Of a stretch of 64,000 bases of DNA, positions 44,999-54,919 are shown one piece after another. Within the stretch, counting starts at the first letter, position 1. Each line of letters begins with the position of its first letter. Under the pieces are notes generated by a model. It saw only the letters and a list, made by a program, of their open reading frames with translations, did not search any database and was not told the DNA's origin. Source of the DNA: Actinomycetota bacterium (GTDB taxonomy: Bacteria > Actinomycetota > CADDZG01 > WHSQ01); assembly GCA_035249925.1 (NCBI GenBank), contig DATFFR010000014.1, forward strand, positions 5,531-69,530. Reading direction: 5' to 3'. The translations under genes and the position numbers were made by a program.

Positions 44999-45391
44999 GT
45001 GGAGAACCGAGCTTCTGGAGACACAGTGACCCTGGATGGTGCCGAAAAGGCGAGGCGCTCCGTCCTGATCGTCGACGATGACGAGGAGATCCGCCACGTC
45101 CTGCGTCTGATGTGCGAGATGGAGGGCTTCGAGGTCATCGGCGAGGCGAGCAACGGCGTCGAGGCCGTCTCCCTTGCCCTCCACCATCAACCGGGTTTCG
45201 TGATCCTCGACTACCTGATGCCCCGCCTCAAGGGCGACGAGGCCGCCAAGATGCTCCGAGCCATCGCCCCGGAGGCGAAGATCGTGGCCTTCTCGGCCGT
45301 GCTCGAATCAAAGCCGAAATGGTCCGACTCGTACCTCAACAAGGACCGGGTGGGCGAGATCGCCCCCCTGCTCGAGCGCCTGATCGTCTAG
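44999..45391 (+). CDS. Stand-alone receiver (REC) protein
   Basis: VLIVDDDEEIR...FVILDYLMPRLKG...IVAFSA...YLNKD. GTG start. Confidence 0.8.
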   Translation: MENRASGDTVTLDGAEKARRSVLIVDDDEEIRHVLRLMCEMEGFEVIGEASNGVEAVSLALHHQPGFVILDYLMPRLKGDEAAKMLRAIAPEAKIVAFSAVLESKPKWSDSYLNKDRVGEIAPLLERLIV

Positions 45392-45457
45392 GACGCACAC
45401 CCCTTCGAACGTTCGGCTCCCGCGCCGGGTAGCCGGTTCAGGGCGTAGCTTGGCTTC

Positions 45458-46372
45458 ATGGATGCTGCGGCGAAGCTCCGCGTCAGGACCGGGGCGAAGC
45501 TGAACCTCTTCCTTCGGGTGCTGGGTCTGCGCCCCGACGGCTACCACGAGCTCGAGTCGATCTTCCACAGTGTGGAGTTCGCGGACGTGCTCGAGGTCGC
45601 GCCGGCGGACGAGATCAGCGTGACGATGCGGGCGGGCGAGGGGTTCGAAGGCGACCTCCCGCCCCAGGAGGAGAACCTGATCTACAAGGCCGCTCTGGCC
45701 CTCGGCGAGCGGGCCGGGACGAGCGCGGGGGCAGCGATCGAGGTGACCAAGCGGATCCCCATCGGCGGAGGGCTCGGTGGGGGCAGCAGCAACGCGGCGG
45801 GAGCGATCATCGCGCTGAACGAGCTCTGGGACGTACGACTCGAGCGAGCCGACATGATCGAGCTCGCGCGCAGTCTCGGCAGCGACGTTCTCTATTGCAT
45901 CGAGGGTGGAGCCACGTCGCTCGTCACCGGCAGGGGCGACAAGCTCGCGCCGCTGCCTTCCGTAACGCCGTTGTGGTTCGTGCTCGGGATCTCGACCAAG
46001 CCGCTCTTAACGGCCGAGGTCTACGCGCACTTCGACACCCTCGAGGCGTCCGAGCATCCGGGGCCGGCCCCCATGACGATGGCGCTCGGGGAGGGAGACA
46101 AGGCCGGGGTCGCCGCGCTGCTCTACAACGATCTACAGACCGCCGCGTTCGACCTTCGGCCGGAGCTGTCGGGCAAACTCGACGCGCTGGTCGCGGCCGG
46201 TGCCATAGGTGCGGGGATGACCGGCTCGGGGCCGACGCTGTTCGGGATCGCGAGCGACGAAGGTTCGGCCCGCCGGATCGCGCAGTCCGCGGCGGGCGAT
46301 TTCGACCGGGTGGTCGTGACCAGCTCGGCGCCGGCGTGCGTGGCAGGGCCGGATCCGTCCGGCCTTCTTTAG
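45458..46372 (+). CDS. ispE: 4-diphosphocytidyl-2-C-methyl-D-erythritol kinase
   Basis: KLNLFLRVLGLRPDGYHELESIF... and the GHMP motif IPIGGGLGGGSSNAA. Confidence 0.9.
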   Translation: MDAAAKLRVRTGAKLNLFLRVLGLRPDGYHELESIFHSVEFADVLEVAPADEISVTMRAGEGFEGDLPPQEENLIYKAALALGERAGTSAGAAIEVTKRIPIGGGLGGGSSNAAGAIIALNELWDVRLERADMIELARSLGSDVLYCIEGGATSLVTGRGDKLAPLPSVTPLWFVLGISTKPLLTAEVYAHFDTLEASEHPGPAPMTMALGEGDKAGVAALLYNDLQTAAFDLRPELSGKLDALVAAGAIGAGMTGSGPTLFGIASDEGSARRIAQSAAGDFDRVVVTSSAPACVAGPDPSGLL

Positions 46373-46426
46373 TATGCGTAGGCAGCCCGGTCCGGCTCGC
46401 TCGCTGGGGTCGCCGGATGTGTTTGG

Positions 46427-46498
46427 TGCCCCGTGGGGTAATTGGCAGCCCAAGGGATTTTGGTTCCCTAGGTTCTGGTTCGAATCCAGGCGGGGCAG
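46427..46498 (+). tRNA. tRNA-Gln (anticodon TTG)
   Basis: Folds as UGCCCCG-UG-GGGU-AAUUGGCA-GCCC-A-AGGGA-UUUUGGU-UCCCU-AGGU-UCUGG-UUCGAAU-CCAGG-CGGGGCA-G. CCA is not encoded. Confidence 0.93.
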
Positions 46499-46555
46499 CT
46501 TCCTTTTGAGAGCCGAGGGAGGACAAGAGACCGTGGCGCGAAGGCAAGAGCTCCG

Positions 46556-47998
46556 TTGAGCCAAACCCAGGCCCGGCCGGCCGATGGGCGGGCCGCTCGC
46601 ACCGCGGTCGTGCTGGCCGCCGGCGAGGGCAAGCGCCTGAAGTCCGCACTACCCAAGGTGCTCCACCGGGCCGCGGGGCGAACCCTCGTGGGCCACGTGC
46701 TCGCCGCCCTCCGGGATATGCAGCCCGATCAGACGGTAGTTGTCGCCTCGAACCGCCGCGATGAGATCGCCGAGGGACTCGGCGACGACGGCGCCGGCGT
46801 CGACTTCGTGATCCAGGACCCGCCGCGCGGTACGGGAGACGCCCTGCGGGTCGCGCTGGCAGAGGTCCGCGCTCGGGACGGCCATGTGCTGGTCGTGCCG
46901 GGGGATACGCCGCTCCTTACGGCCGAGACACTGACCGAGCTCTGGCAGCTCCACATGAGCTCGGCGGCGGCGGCCACGTTGCTGACCGCGACCGCGAGCG
47001 ATCCCACGGGTTACGGACGAATCGTGCGAACAGAGGACGGCGCGCTGGCGGAGATAGTCGAACATCGTGATGCCACGCCCGAACAGCTCGAGATCGACGA
47101 GATCAACGCGGGGGTCTACATCTTCGAGTTGCACGGGCTCAGCGAGATGCTCGACAAGATCGATCGCGAGAACAGTCAGGGCGAGTATTACCTCACCGAC
47201 GTCATCGCACTGCTCCGCAAGGAGGAGCGGGGTGTGGAGGCGCTGGAGGCCGACGAGTCCGAGGTCGCGGGGGTCAATTCGCGCTCTCAGCTCGCGGATG
47301 TCTCGGCACTGCTTTACGACAGGCATAACCAACGATGGCTGGAAGAGGGCGTGACGATCGTCGATCCGGCCGCCACCTACATCGACGCGATGGTCACGAT
47401 CGAGCCCGACGCGACGATCTATCCGTTCACCTTCCTCGAGGGCACGACCACGGTGGCGACGGGGGCCGAGATCGGACCCCAGGCGCGCATCGTCGACAGC
47501 GAGGTCGGTCCGGGTGCTCGTGTCAGCTTCGCCGTCGTGCGTGGATCCGAGCTCGGTCCCGAGACCGTCGTGGGTCCGTTCGCATCGTTGCGCCCAGGCA
47601 CCAAGCTCGCCAAGGGCGCCGAGCTCGGCACCTTCGTCGAGTCGAAGAACACCACGCTCGGTGAGGACAGCGCCGCGCACCATCTTTCGTACCTGGGAGA
47701 TGCCGAGATCGGCGCCGGAGTGAACATCGGGGCCGGCACGATCACCTGCAACTGGGACGGCCAGGAGAAGCACCGCAGCGTGGTCGACGACGACGCCTAC
47801 ATCGGCTCGGACACGATGCTCGTAGCTCCGGTGCACATCGGGAAACGGGCCGCCACGGGGGCCGGCTCGGTCGTGAAAGGTGACGTTCCGGACGACGCGT
47901 TGGCCGTCGGGGTGCCGGCCCGGGTCATCGAGGGCAAGGGCAACAAGATGAAAAGGCCCGATAGACCTGACAAACCCGGTCCCGAGCGGGGAGAATAG
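46556..47998 (+). CDS. glmU: Bifunctional UDP-N-acetylglucosamine pyrophosphorylase / glucosamine-1-phosphate N-acetyltransferase
   Basis: VVLAAGEGKRLKS...GTGDA...NAGVY, then C-terminal hexapeptide (LbH) repeats. Confidence 0.93.
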   Translation: MSQTQARPADGRAARTAVVLAAGEGKRLKSALPKVLHRAAGRTLVGHVLAALRDMQPDQTVVVASNRRDEIAEGLGDDGAGVDFVIQDPPRGTGDALRVALAEVRARDGHVLVVPGDTPLLTAETLTELWQLHMSSAAAATLLTATASDPTGYGRIVRTEDGALAEIVEHRDATPEQLEIDEINAGVYIFELHGLSEMLDKIDRENSQGEYYLTDVIALLRKEERGVEALEADESEVAGVNSRSQLADVSALLYDRHNQRWLEEGVTIVDPAATYIDAMVTIEPDATIYPFTFLEGTTTVATGAEIGPQARIVDSEVGPGARVSFAVVRGSELGPETVVGPFASLRPGTKLAKGAELGTFVESKNTTLGEDSAAHHLSYLGDAEIGAGVNIGAGTITCNWDGQEKHRSVVDDDAYIGSDTMLVAPVHIGKRAATGAGSVVKGDVPDDALAVGVPARVIEGKGNKMKRPDRPDKPGPERGE

Positions 47999-48004
47999 AG
48001 ACGG

Positions 48005-48994
48005 ATGCAGCTACCCACGCATAAGCGGCTGATGATCTTTTCGGGCACTGCCAATCCTGGGCTGGCCCAGGAGGTTTGCTCGCACCTCGGGATGAAGCTC
48101 AGTCCCGTCGAGATCGAGGAGTTCGCCAACTCCGAGCAGTACGTCCGCTTCAACGACTCGGTCCGGGGCTGTGACGCCTTCGTGATCCAGAGCCACTGTG
48201 CCCCCGTTGACTTCCACCTGATGCAGCAGCTGCACTTGATCGATGCCCTCAAGAGGGCCTCGGCCAAGCGGATCACGGCCGTGTCGCCCTTCTACCCCTA
48301 CGCCCGCCAGGACAAGAAGACCCGCTCGCGCGAGCCGATCGCAGCCAAGATGATCGCCGACTTCTACGAGGCCGCCGGCGCCGACCGCGTCCTGTCGGTC
48401 GACCTGCACACCGGTCAGATCCAGGGCTTCTTCAACGTGCCGTTCGATCACCTGACCGCGTTGCCCCTGCTCGCCGATTACTTCGCCAACATGCTCGAGG
48501 ACGACTTCGTGATCGTGTCACCGGACGCGGGACGGGTCCGCCTGGCAGAGAAGTGGGTCCAGCACATGAACGAGTTCCACGACCTCAACGGCCAGGTCGC
48601 GTTCCTGCACAAGCGCCGCCAGAGCGATGCGCGCAACCAGAGCAAGACGCTGGCCGTCGTCGGTGAGGTCGAGGGCAAGACCTGCGTCATCGTCGACGAC
48701 ATGATCGACACGGCCGGCACCCTGGTGAACGGCGCCGAGGCCCTGATGACGTCCGGCGCATCCGAGGTCTACGCGGCAGCCACGCATTCGGTTCTGTCCG
48801 ACCCGGCGACCGACCGCATAAAGAACTCCCCGATCCACCAGGTGGTAACCACCAACACGCTCCCCCTGCCGAGCGAGAAGGCGATCGACAAACTCGTGGT
48901 GCTCTCGATCGCACCGACGATCGCGCAGACCATCAAAGCCGTCTTCGAGGAAGAATCCGTCTCCGAGCTCTTCCACGGAGAGAACCAGCCGTAG
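48005..48994 (+). CDS. prs: Ribose-phosphate pyrophosphokinase
   Basis: FANSEQYVRF...PYARQDKK...VIVDDMIDTAGT. Confidence 0.95.
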   Translation: MQLPTHKRLMIFSGTANPGLAQEVCSHLGMKLSPVEIEEFANSEQYVRFNDSVRGCDAFVIQSHCAPVDFHLMQQLHLIDALKRASAKRITAVSPFYPYARQDKKTRSREPIAAKMIADFYEAAGADRVLSVDLHTGQIQGFFNVPFDHLTALPLLADYFANMLEDDFVIVSPDAGRVRLAEKWVQHMNEFHDLNGQVAFLHKRRQSDARNQSKTLAVVGEVEGKTCVIVDDMIDTAGTLVNGAEALMTSGASEVYAAATHSVLSDPATDRIKNSPIHQVVTTNTLPLPSEKAIDKLVVLSIAPTIAQTIKAVFEEESVSELFHGENQP

Positions 48995-49044
48995 CGGCTC
49001 ACACCGTCTACAAGACCTTCAACACGCGCTCTCGGCGCGAGTTC

Positions 49045-49452
49045 GTGCGCATCACCGAGGATGTCCAGTCGGCCGTCGACGAGAGCGGCATCAAAGAGGG
49101 CATGGCGCTCGTCTCCGCTATGCACATCACCGCGGGTGTCTGGATGAACGACGACGAGCCCGGTATCCAGGAGGACGTGCTCGAGTGGCTCGACAAGCTC
49201 GCGCCGCCGTCGTGGAGCGACGCATCGAACGACGTTGCGGCCGCTCTGCTGCCGGATCCCGGCGATTACCGCCACCACCGCGGCGGCGAGGACAACGGCG
49301 ACGCCCATCTGAAGAACCTCCTGGTCCACCACCAGGTGATCGTGCCGGTGACGGCAGGCAAGCTCGATCTAGGCCCGTGGCAGGCGATCTTCTACTGCGA
49401 GTTCGACGGCCGCCGCAACAAGCGCCTCGTGATCAAGGTCCTGGGGGAGTGA
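49045..49452 (+). CDS. YjbQ/UPF0047-family protein
   Basis: ITEDVQSAVDESGIKEGMALVSAMHITAGVWMNDDEPG...DGHLKN-type core. Family-like residues (YKTFNTRSRREF) continue in frame upstream of the first canonical start, so the N-terminus is uncertain. Confidence 0.78.
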   Translation: MRITEDVQSAVDESGIKEGMALVSAMHITAGVWMNDDEPGIQEDVLEWLDKLAPPSWSDASNDVAAALLPDPGDYRHHRGGEDNGDAHLKNLLVHHQVIVPVTAGKLDLGPWQAIFYCEFDGRRNKRLVIKVLGE

Positions 49453-49657
49453 TCCCCTAGCCGGTGTATGCGCGCTCCGCCGGGCGCCCAAAGTGAGTGT
49501 TCCAGGACCGGTTCGGCTTCCGGCACCGCCGCCGACCCCAACCCCCTCCTCGAAACCGTTTTGACTCGTCGGGGGCCGGGGCACGGTCGTCGGCGCCTCC
49601 AGCGTGCAAAGGAGGGCGCCCGGCTCCGCTCGATGCACAAACGAGATCGCTCACGGT

Positions 49658-50023
49658 CTAAACCGGGGCGAGGTCGATCGCCATCAGCAGCGCGGTGCGC
49701 GCCCAGGAGCTCATCTCGGTGCCTTCCTGCCACTTCTGGTACTTCGCCGCGAGCAGTTTGCGAGCCAGTGCGTCTTCGGCGTCGTCGGTGACCACGCGGG
49801 CGGTGCCGGTGTAGTCGTGGTCGGCGATGCGGAGCTTTACGGCGGGGTTGGCTTTGATGTTGGCTACCCAGTCCGCTTTCTCGCCACCGCCGGCCAGCAT
49901 GTAGATGGTCAGGCCCTCGGCCCAGCCGAACCAGATCTCTATCTCGTGGGGGTTGCCGGTGCGGCGACCGGTGGTCGTGACGTAGCAGAAGCTCTGGTCG
50001 GCGAGGGGGGAGAGGTCGTCCAT
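49658..50023 (-). CDS. Deazaflavin (F420)-dependent nitroreductase-family protein (DUF385-like)
   Basis: VTTTGRRTGNPHEIEIWF...GGGEKADWVANIKANPAVKLRI matches the F420H2-dependent reductase pattern. The ATG at 50023 is preferred. Confidence 0.72.
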   Translation of the reverse strand: MDDLSPLADQSFCYVTTTGRRTGNPHEIEIWFGWAEGLTIYMLAGGGEKADWVANIKANPAVKLRIADHDYTGTARVVTDDAEDALARKLLAAKYQKWQEGTEMSSWARTALLMAIDLAPV

Positions 50024-50120
50024 CGGCCTATAATGCTGGCTCCCCCCGCCTCGGCACGCGCCGGCGCGCGGGGCCAATCGAACAGATCACACCTGCACAG
50101 AGGTAGGGAGAGGAGTCCCG

Positions 50121-50852
50121 ATGGCTGAGGTGAAGCTCGAGGTAACGAAGCGCGAGGGAACCGGCAAGGGCGTTGCCCGCCGAGCCCGCGCCGCCGGCAA
50201 GGTCCCCGGAGTCGTCTACGGCAGGGGCATGGACCCCGTGGCCATAGAGGTGGACCGCCGCCAGTTCATCCAGGCCCTTCAGACCGACGCCGGTCTGAAC
50301 GTGTTGCTGGGCCTCGACCTCAACGGCGAGACGATCACCACCCTTCCGCGCCAGATCCAGCGCGACCCCGTCCGGGGCACTTTGCTCCACGCCGACTTCG
50401 TGAAGGTCGATCTGACCGTCGAGGTCGAGGCCGAGGTCCCGATCCATCTCGTGGGCGGCGAGGAAGCTCCGGGTGTCAAGGAGGGCGGCGCTCTCGAGCA
50501 TCCGCTGTTCATGGTCACCGTCAAGTGTCTGCCGACCGAGGTGCCCGAGGGCGTCGACGCGGACGTCTCGCACCTCAACATCGGCGACGTGCTTCGCATC
50601 TCGGATCTGACCGCGAGCGGGAACTTCACCTTCGTCCAGGACCCCGAGACCGTCGTCGCGTCCGTTGCGGCCCCCGTCTCCGAAGAGGAGCTCGCCGCGA
50701 TGGAGGCCGAGGCCGGTGTCGGAGTCGAAGAGGAGCCGACGGTCGAGGGCGAAGAGGCCGCCGAAGGCGCAACGGAGGAGGAGTCCGACGCCTCCGGCGA
50801 GCCCAGCGAGACCCCCGACCCGGGAGCCGAGCAAGAGCCCGGCGACTCCTAG
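50121..50852 (+). CDS. rplY: 50S ribosomal protein L25 / general stress protein Ctc
   Basis: REGTGKGVARRARAAGKVPGVVYG...LLHADFVKV, with an acidic C-terminal tail. Confidence 0.92.
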   Translation: MAEVKLEVTKREGTGKGVARRARAAGKVPGVVYGRGMDPVAIEVDRRQFIQALQTDAGLNVLLGLDLNGETITTLPRQIQRDPVRGTLLHADFVKVDLTVEVEAEVPIHLVGGEEAPGVKEGGALEHPLFMVTVKCLPTEVPEGVDADVSHLNIGDVLRISDLTASGNFTFVQDPETVVASVAAPVSEEELAAMEAEAGVGVEEEPTVEGEEAAEGATEEESDASGEPSETPDPGAEQEPGDS

Positions 50853-50870
50853 AACACCGAGGCCGAGAAC

Positions 50871-51476
50871 ATGTCGCTGTTCCGGCGCTCGTCCCCCGGG
50901 GACGAGGGTCGCTGGATCGTGTACGGGCTGGGCAATCCCGGCGACCGCTACGCCAAGACGCGTCACAACACCGGCGTGGGGGTCGTCGAGGAGCTGCTCG
51001 CGCGCACGTCGAGCTCGTTCAAACGGCACAAGAGTGGAACCCTTACTGCCGAAACCACACTCGGCGGCGACAAGGTTGTGCTGGCGCGGTCGACCGGCTA
51101 CATGAACGACAGTGGCCGGCCGCTGGGCCAGTTGATGCGCTTCTACAAGACCCCGCTGGACAAGTTGATCGTCGTTCACGACGAGCTCGACATCCCGTTC
51201 GGCGAAGTGCGCGTCAAGCTAGGTGGGGGGACGGCCGGCCACAACGGGCTGAAGTCGGTGGGCAACCACCTCTCGAGCAAGGACTTCGTCCGGGTTCGGG
51301 TCGGGATCTCACGGCCGCACGGGGCTCTGGACGGAGCCGACTACGTGCTCCAGACGTTCTCCGGCGCCGAGCGCAAGGAGCTGCCCGAGATCGTGGAGCG
51401 CGCCGCCGACGCGGTGGAACGCATCATCGAGGCCGGTGCCGAGCGGGCCATGAACGAGTTCAACACCCGCGCCTAA
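50871..51476 (+). CDS. pth: Peptidyl-tRNA hydrolase
   Basis: LGNPGDRYAKTRHNTG...YMNDSG...HDELD...GGHNGLKS. Confidence 0.93.
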   Translation: MSLFRRSSPGDEGRWIVYGLGNPGDRYAKTRHNTGVGVVEELLARTSSSFKRHKSGTLTAETTLGGDKVVLARSTGYMNDSGRPLGQLMRFYKTPLDKLIVVHDELDIPFGEVRVKLGGGTAGHNGLKSVGNHLSSKDFVRVRVGISRPHGALDGADYVLQTFSGAERKELPEIVERAADAVERIIEAGAERAMNEFNTRA

Positions 51477-51482
51477 CCCAGC

Positions 51483-51527
51483 TTTCCGCGTAGCTACTTG
51501 CGTTTTCCGCAAGCGATCACGCGGAAA
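51483..51527 (+). terminator. Two-tier stem-loop between pth and mfd
   Basis: The outer stem TTTCCGCG/CGCGGAAA (8 bp) encloses the inner stem CTTGCG-TTTTC-CGCAAG (6 bp). Confidence 0.4.
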
Positions 51528-51550
51528 CGGCCATCTAGACTGGAGGGGTA

Positions 51551-54500
51551 GTGGCATCTCTAGCACCGCTTCTCGACCTGCTGCCCGATGAGCGCCTGCA
51601 GGCGCTTCTGCGCGCGCGCTCGGCGGTCACGGTGCCCGATCCCGCTCGCCCGTTCCTGTTGGCGGCCCTCGTGCGCCACCTCGAGACGCCGGTCCTGGCG
51701 ATCACGGCACGGCAGGAGGAGGCCGAGCAACTCGCCCGCGACGTTCACGCGTTCCTGGGGCGTTCGGGCGCCGACGTGTTCCCGGGCTGGGAGGTGCTCC
51801 CGGGCGAACCGCTCTCGCCTTCGGTCGAGACCATGGGCCGCCGCATGCACGTTCTATCCCGGCTGGCGCGGGGCGACGCGTTCGTCGTCGTGACCACCTC
51901 GCAGGGAGTGACACAGCTGGTGGCTCCGCCGGGGGACGCCCTGGATCCCGTCGTGCTCACGGAGGGGGCCACCGTCGACCTCGATACCTTCACCGAGCGC
52001 CTGGTCGAGATGGGTTACGAGCGCAACTACATCGTGGAGCGTCGGGGCGAGTTCGCCGTGCGCGGGGGCATCGTCGACGTCTTCCCGCCGGCGTCCGAGC
52101 GACCGGTACGCGCGGAGCTGTGGGGCGACGAGGTCACCTCGCTCAGGCAGTTCGCGCTGGCATCGCAACGGTCGCTGGATCCGATCGAGGAGGTCTCGAT
52201 CGCCCCCTGCCGCGAGCTCCGATCCGACGAGGCAACGATCGAGCGTGCGACGCAGCTCGCCGGCGAGAACGACGACCCCGCCCTGCACCAGCTCGCCGAA
52301 GGCGTGATCGAGCCCGGAGCCGAGCGCCTGCTGCCGCTGCTGACCGGCGGCCTGCGCCCCTTGCCCAGCTTCCTGCCTGCCGATTCCCCTGTGGCGATCC
52401 TCGAGCCGAAGCGCGTGCGCGACCGCGCCGACGAGGTCCTCGAGCAGGTTACGGAGTGGAGTCAGATCTCCGGTCTCTCCGAACGTCACTACGCCCCGAT
52501 CGACGAGGTCATCGCGAGCCTCGACGAACGGCTGCTGATATCGAGCTTCGCCGAGCCGGGATCCGAGACGCTTCCCGTCGACACCTGGACCGCTGCCGCA
52601 GGCAAGCCGGAGATCCTGGTCGGCCGTCTGAAGGAGCTGATCAAGAACGGTTACCGGGCGGTGATAGCCGCCTCGTTGCCCGAGACCGCGGAGCGGTTGC
52701 GTCAGAACCTGAAGACGACGGCCGGGGCGTCTTTCGAGATCAGCGAGACCGCGCCCTCCGAGGACTCTCCCGAGGGTGGCGTGATCGTCGTGGCCGACCT
52801 GGCGCGGGGCTTCGTGCTGCCGTGGGCCGCGCTGGCGCTGGTCGCGGAGTCGGACCTGACCGGTCGGCGCTCCGGGGCGGCTCGCCGGCGCATCTCGGCG
52901 AAGAAGCGCGAGACGTCCGGCCCGTTGGACCTGACGCCCGGGGATCTGGTCGTGCACGAGGTGCACGGGATCGGGCGCTACGTCGAGATGGTCGACCGCG
53001 AGCTTCTCGGCGTTCATCGCGAGTACCTGGTCATCGAGTACCTCAAGAGCGACAGGCTGTACGTCCCCAGCGACCAGGTCGACCTGGTCACGAAGTACGT
53101 CGGCGGCGAGCTGCCGCGCATGAGTCGACTCGGCTCCAACGACTGGGCCAAGACGAAGGCGCGTGTCGGACGGAGAGCGCGCGAGATCGCGCAGGAGCTC
53201 GTGAAGCTCTATTCCGATCGGATGCGGGCCAAGGGGTTCGCGTTCGGCCCGGATACCCCGTGGCAGCGCGAGCTCGAAGACGCCTTCCCGTACGAGGAGA
53301 CGCCCGACCAGCTGCGCGCCGTCGACGAGGTCAAAGACGACATGGAGAAGGACCTCCCGATGGACCGGCTCGTCTGCGGCGACGTCGGGTATGGCAAGAC
53401 CGAGATCGCGGTGCGCGCCGCGTTCAAGTCTGTTGCGGCCGGCAAGCAGGTGGTCGTGCTGGTTCCGACCACGATCCTCGCCCAACAGCATCACGCAACG
53501 TTCGTCGAGCGCTTCCGCAATTTCCCTGTGCGCGTCGAGATGCTGTCGCGGTTCCTGTCGGCGGCTGAGGCCAAGAAGGTGATCGCCGATCTTTCGGACG
53601 GCAAGGTCGATGTCGTCATCGGCACGCATCGCCTCCTAGGGAAGGATGTCGGTTTCTCGGACCTCGGCCTCGTGATCGTCGACGAGGAGCAGCGCTTCGG
53701 CGTGGAACAGAAGGAGAAGCTGAAGCAGTTGCGAACGAGTGTCGACATCCTCACCCTGACCGCCACCCCGATCCCGCGGACGCTGGAGATGGCGATGTCG
53801 GGGATCCGCGACATGTCGATCGTCGACACGCCCCCCGAGGATCGCCACCCCGTCATGACGTACGTGGGAGATTTCGACGAGGAGACACTGTCGTCCGCCA
53901 TCCGTAGAGAGCTTCTCCGCGATGGCCAGGTCTTCTACGTCCATCACCGCGTGGACACCATCCAGGCGGCCGCGCGTCGCGTGCAGGAGCTGGTTCCCGA
54001 TGCGCGGGTCGGTGTCGCGCACGGGCAGATGGACGAGCGCCAGCTGGAGCAGACGATGTTGGACTTCGGCGACGCCAAGACGAACGTTCTCGTATGCACG
54101 ACGATCATCGAATCGGGCCTCGACATCCCGACCGTGAACACGTTGGTCGTCGAGCGCGCCGACCTGCTGGGTTTGTCGCAGATGTATCAGCTGCGCGGTC
54201 GGGTGGGCCGCGCTCACGAGCGCGCCTACGCCTATCTGTTCTTCCCGCCGCACCGCGCCTTGACGGAACAGGCCCACGAGCGGTTGAAGACCATCTCGGA
54301 GCACACCGGGCTCGGCTCCGGCTTCCGGATCGCGATGCGCGACCTCGAGATTCGAGGCGCCGGGAACCTGCTCGGCGCCGAGCAACACGGGCACATCTCG
54401 GAGGTCGGCTTCGATCTCTACGTAAAGCTGATGTCGCAGGCGGTCGAGGAGGCCAAGGGCAGCCTGCCGCCGGGTCTCGAGGGCGAGGTTCGCATCGATC

Positions 54501-54919
54501 TTCCTCTGAACGCGTTCATCCCCAAGACCTACATTGCAGACGAGAACCTGCGTCTCGAGTCCTACAGGCGGATCGCGTCCGCGCGCACCGAGGAGGACCT
54601 GGCGGAGGTCCGCGCCGAGCTGGTCGATCGGTACGGCGCGCCGGTTCCCGACGTCGTCGAGGCGCTGTTCGAGGTCGCGCAACTTCGGACGTTGATGACG
54701 CGCCTGGGGATCACCGAGGCGGCGACAGTCGCTCGGAACCTGCGCATCCGCCCGCTCGAGCTCGAGGACTCCAAGCAGATCAGGCTTCAGCGGATCCTTC
54801 CGACCGCGCGTTGGAAGCCCGAGAACCGCACACTGATCGTCCCCGAGCGCGCGCTGCCCAAGACCGGCGTCGTGGCGTGGGTGACCGACGTGTTGCAACA
54901 GTTAACCTCGGCCGCATGA
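51551..54919 (+). CDS. mfd: Transcription-repair coupling factor
   Basis: 1122 aa with DVGYGKTE (Walker A), VIVDEEQRFG (DEEQ box), the CarD-like segment HGIGRY, and superfamily-2 helicase motifs QLRGRVGR. Confidence 0.95.
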   Translation: MASLAPLLDLLPDERLQALLRARSAVTVPDPARPFLLAALVRHLETPVLAITARQEEAEQLARDVHAFLGRSGADVFPGWEVLPGEPLSPSVETMGRRMHVLSRLARGDAFVVVTTSQGVTQLVAPPGDALDPVVLTEGATVDLDTFTERLVEMGYERNYIVERRGEFAVRGGIVDVFPPASERPVRAELWGDEVTSLRQFALASQRSLDPIEEVSIAPCRELRSDEATIERATQLAGENDDPALHQLAEGVIEPGAERLLPLLTGGLRPLPSFLPADSPVAILEPKRVRDRADEVLEQVTEWSQISGLSERHYAPIDEVIASLDERLLISSFAEPGSETLPVDTWTAAAGKPEILVGRLKELIKNGYRAVIAASLPETAERLRQNLKTTAGASFEISETAPSEDSPEGGVIVVADLARGFVLPWAALALVAESDLTGRRSGAARRRISAKKRETSGPLDLTPGDLVVHEVHGIGRYVEMVDRELLGVHREYLVIEYLKSDRLYVPSDQVDLVTKYVGGELPRMSRLGSNDWAKTKARVGRRAREIAQELVKLYSDRMRAKGFAFGPDTPWQRELEDAFPYEETPDQLRAVDEVKDDMEKDLPMDRLVCGDVGYGKTEIAVRAAFKSVAAGKQVVVLVPTTILAQQHHATFVERFRNFPVRVEMLSRFLSAAEAKKVIADLSDGKVDVVIGTHRLLGKDVGFSDLGLVIVDEEQRFGVEQKEKLKQLRTSVDILTLTATPIPRTLEMAMSGIRDMSIVDTPPEDRHPVMTYVGDFDEETLSSAIRRELLRDGQVFYVHHRVDTIQAAARRVQELVPDARVGVAHGQMDERQLEQTMLDFGDAKTNVLVCTTIIESGLDIPTVNTLVVERADLLGLSQMYQLRGRVGRAHERAYAYLFFPPHRALTEQAHERLKTISEHTGLGSGFRIAMRDLEIRGAGNLLGAEQHGHISEVGFDLYVKLMSQAVEEAKGSLPPGLEGEVRIDLPLNAFIPKTYIADENLRLESYRRIASARTEEDLAEVRAELVDRYGAPVPDVVEALFEVAQLRTLMTRLGITEAATVARNLRIRPLELEDSKQIRLQRILPTARWKPENRTLIVPERALPKTGVVAWVTDVLQQLTSAA

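Noticed and set aside
49453-49657. Structured ncRNA in the 205-nt convergent spacer after the yjbQ-like gene
   Set aside because: Only short GC-rich self-complementary segments are present (gggcgcccgg occurs twice, about 140 nt apart). This is expected by chance in GC-rich DNA, and no convincing extended pairing was found.
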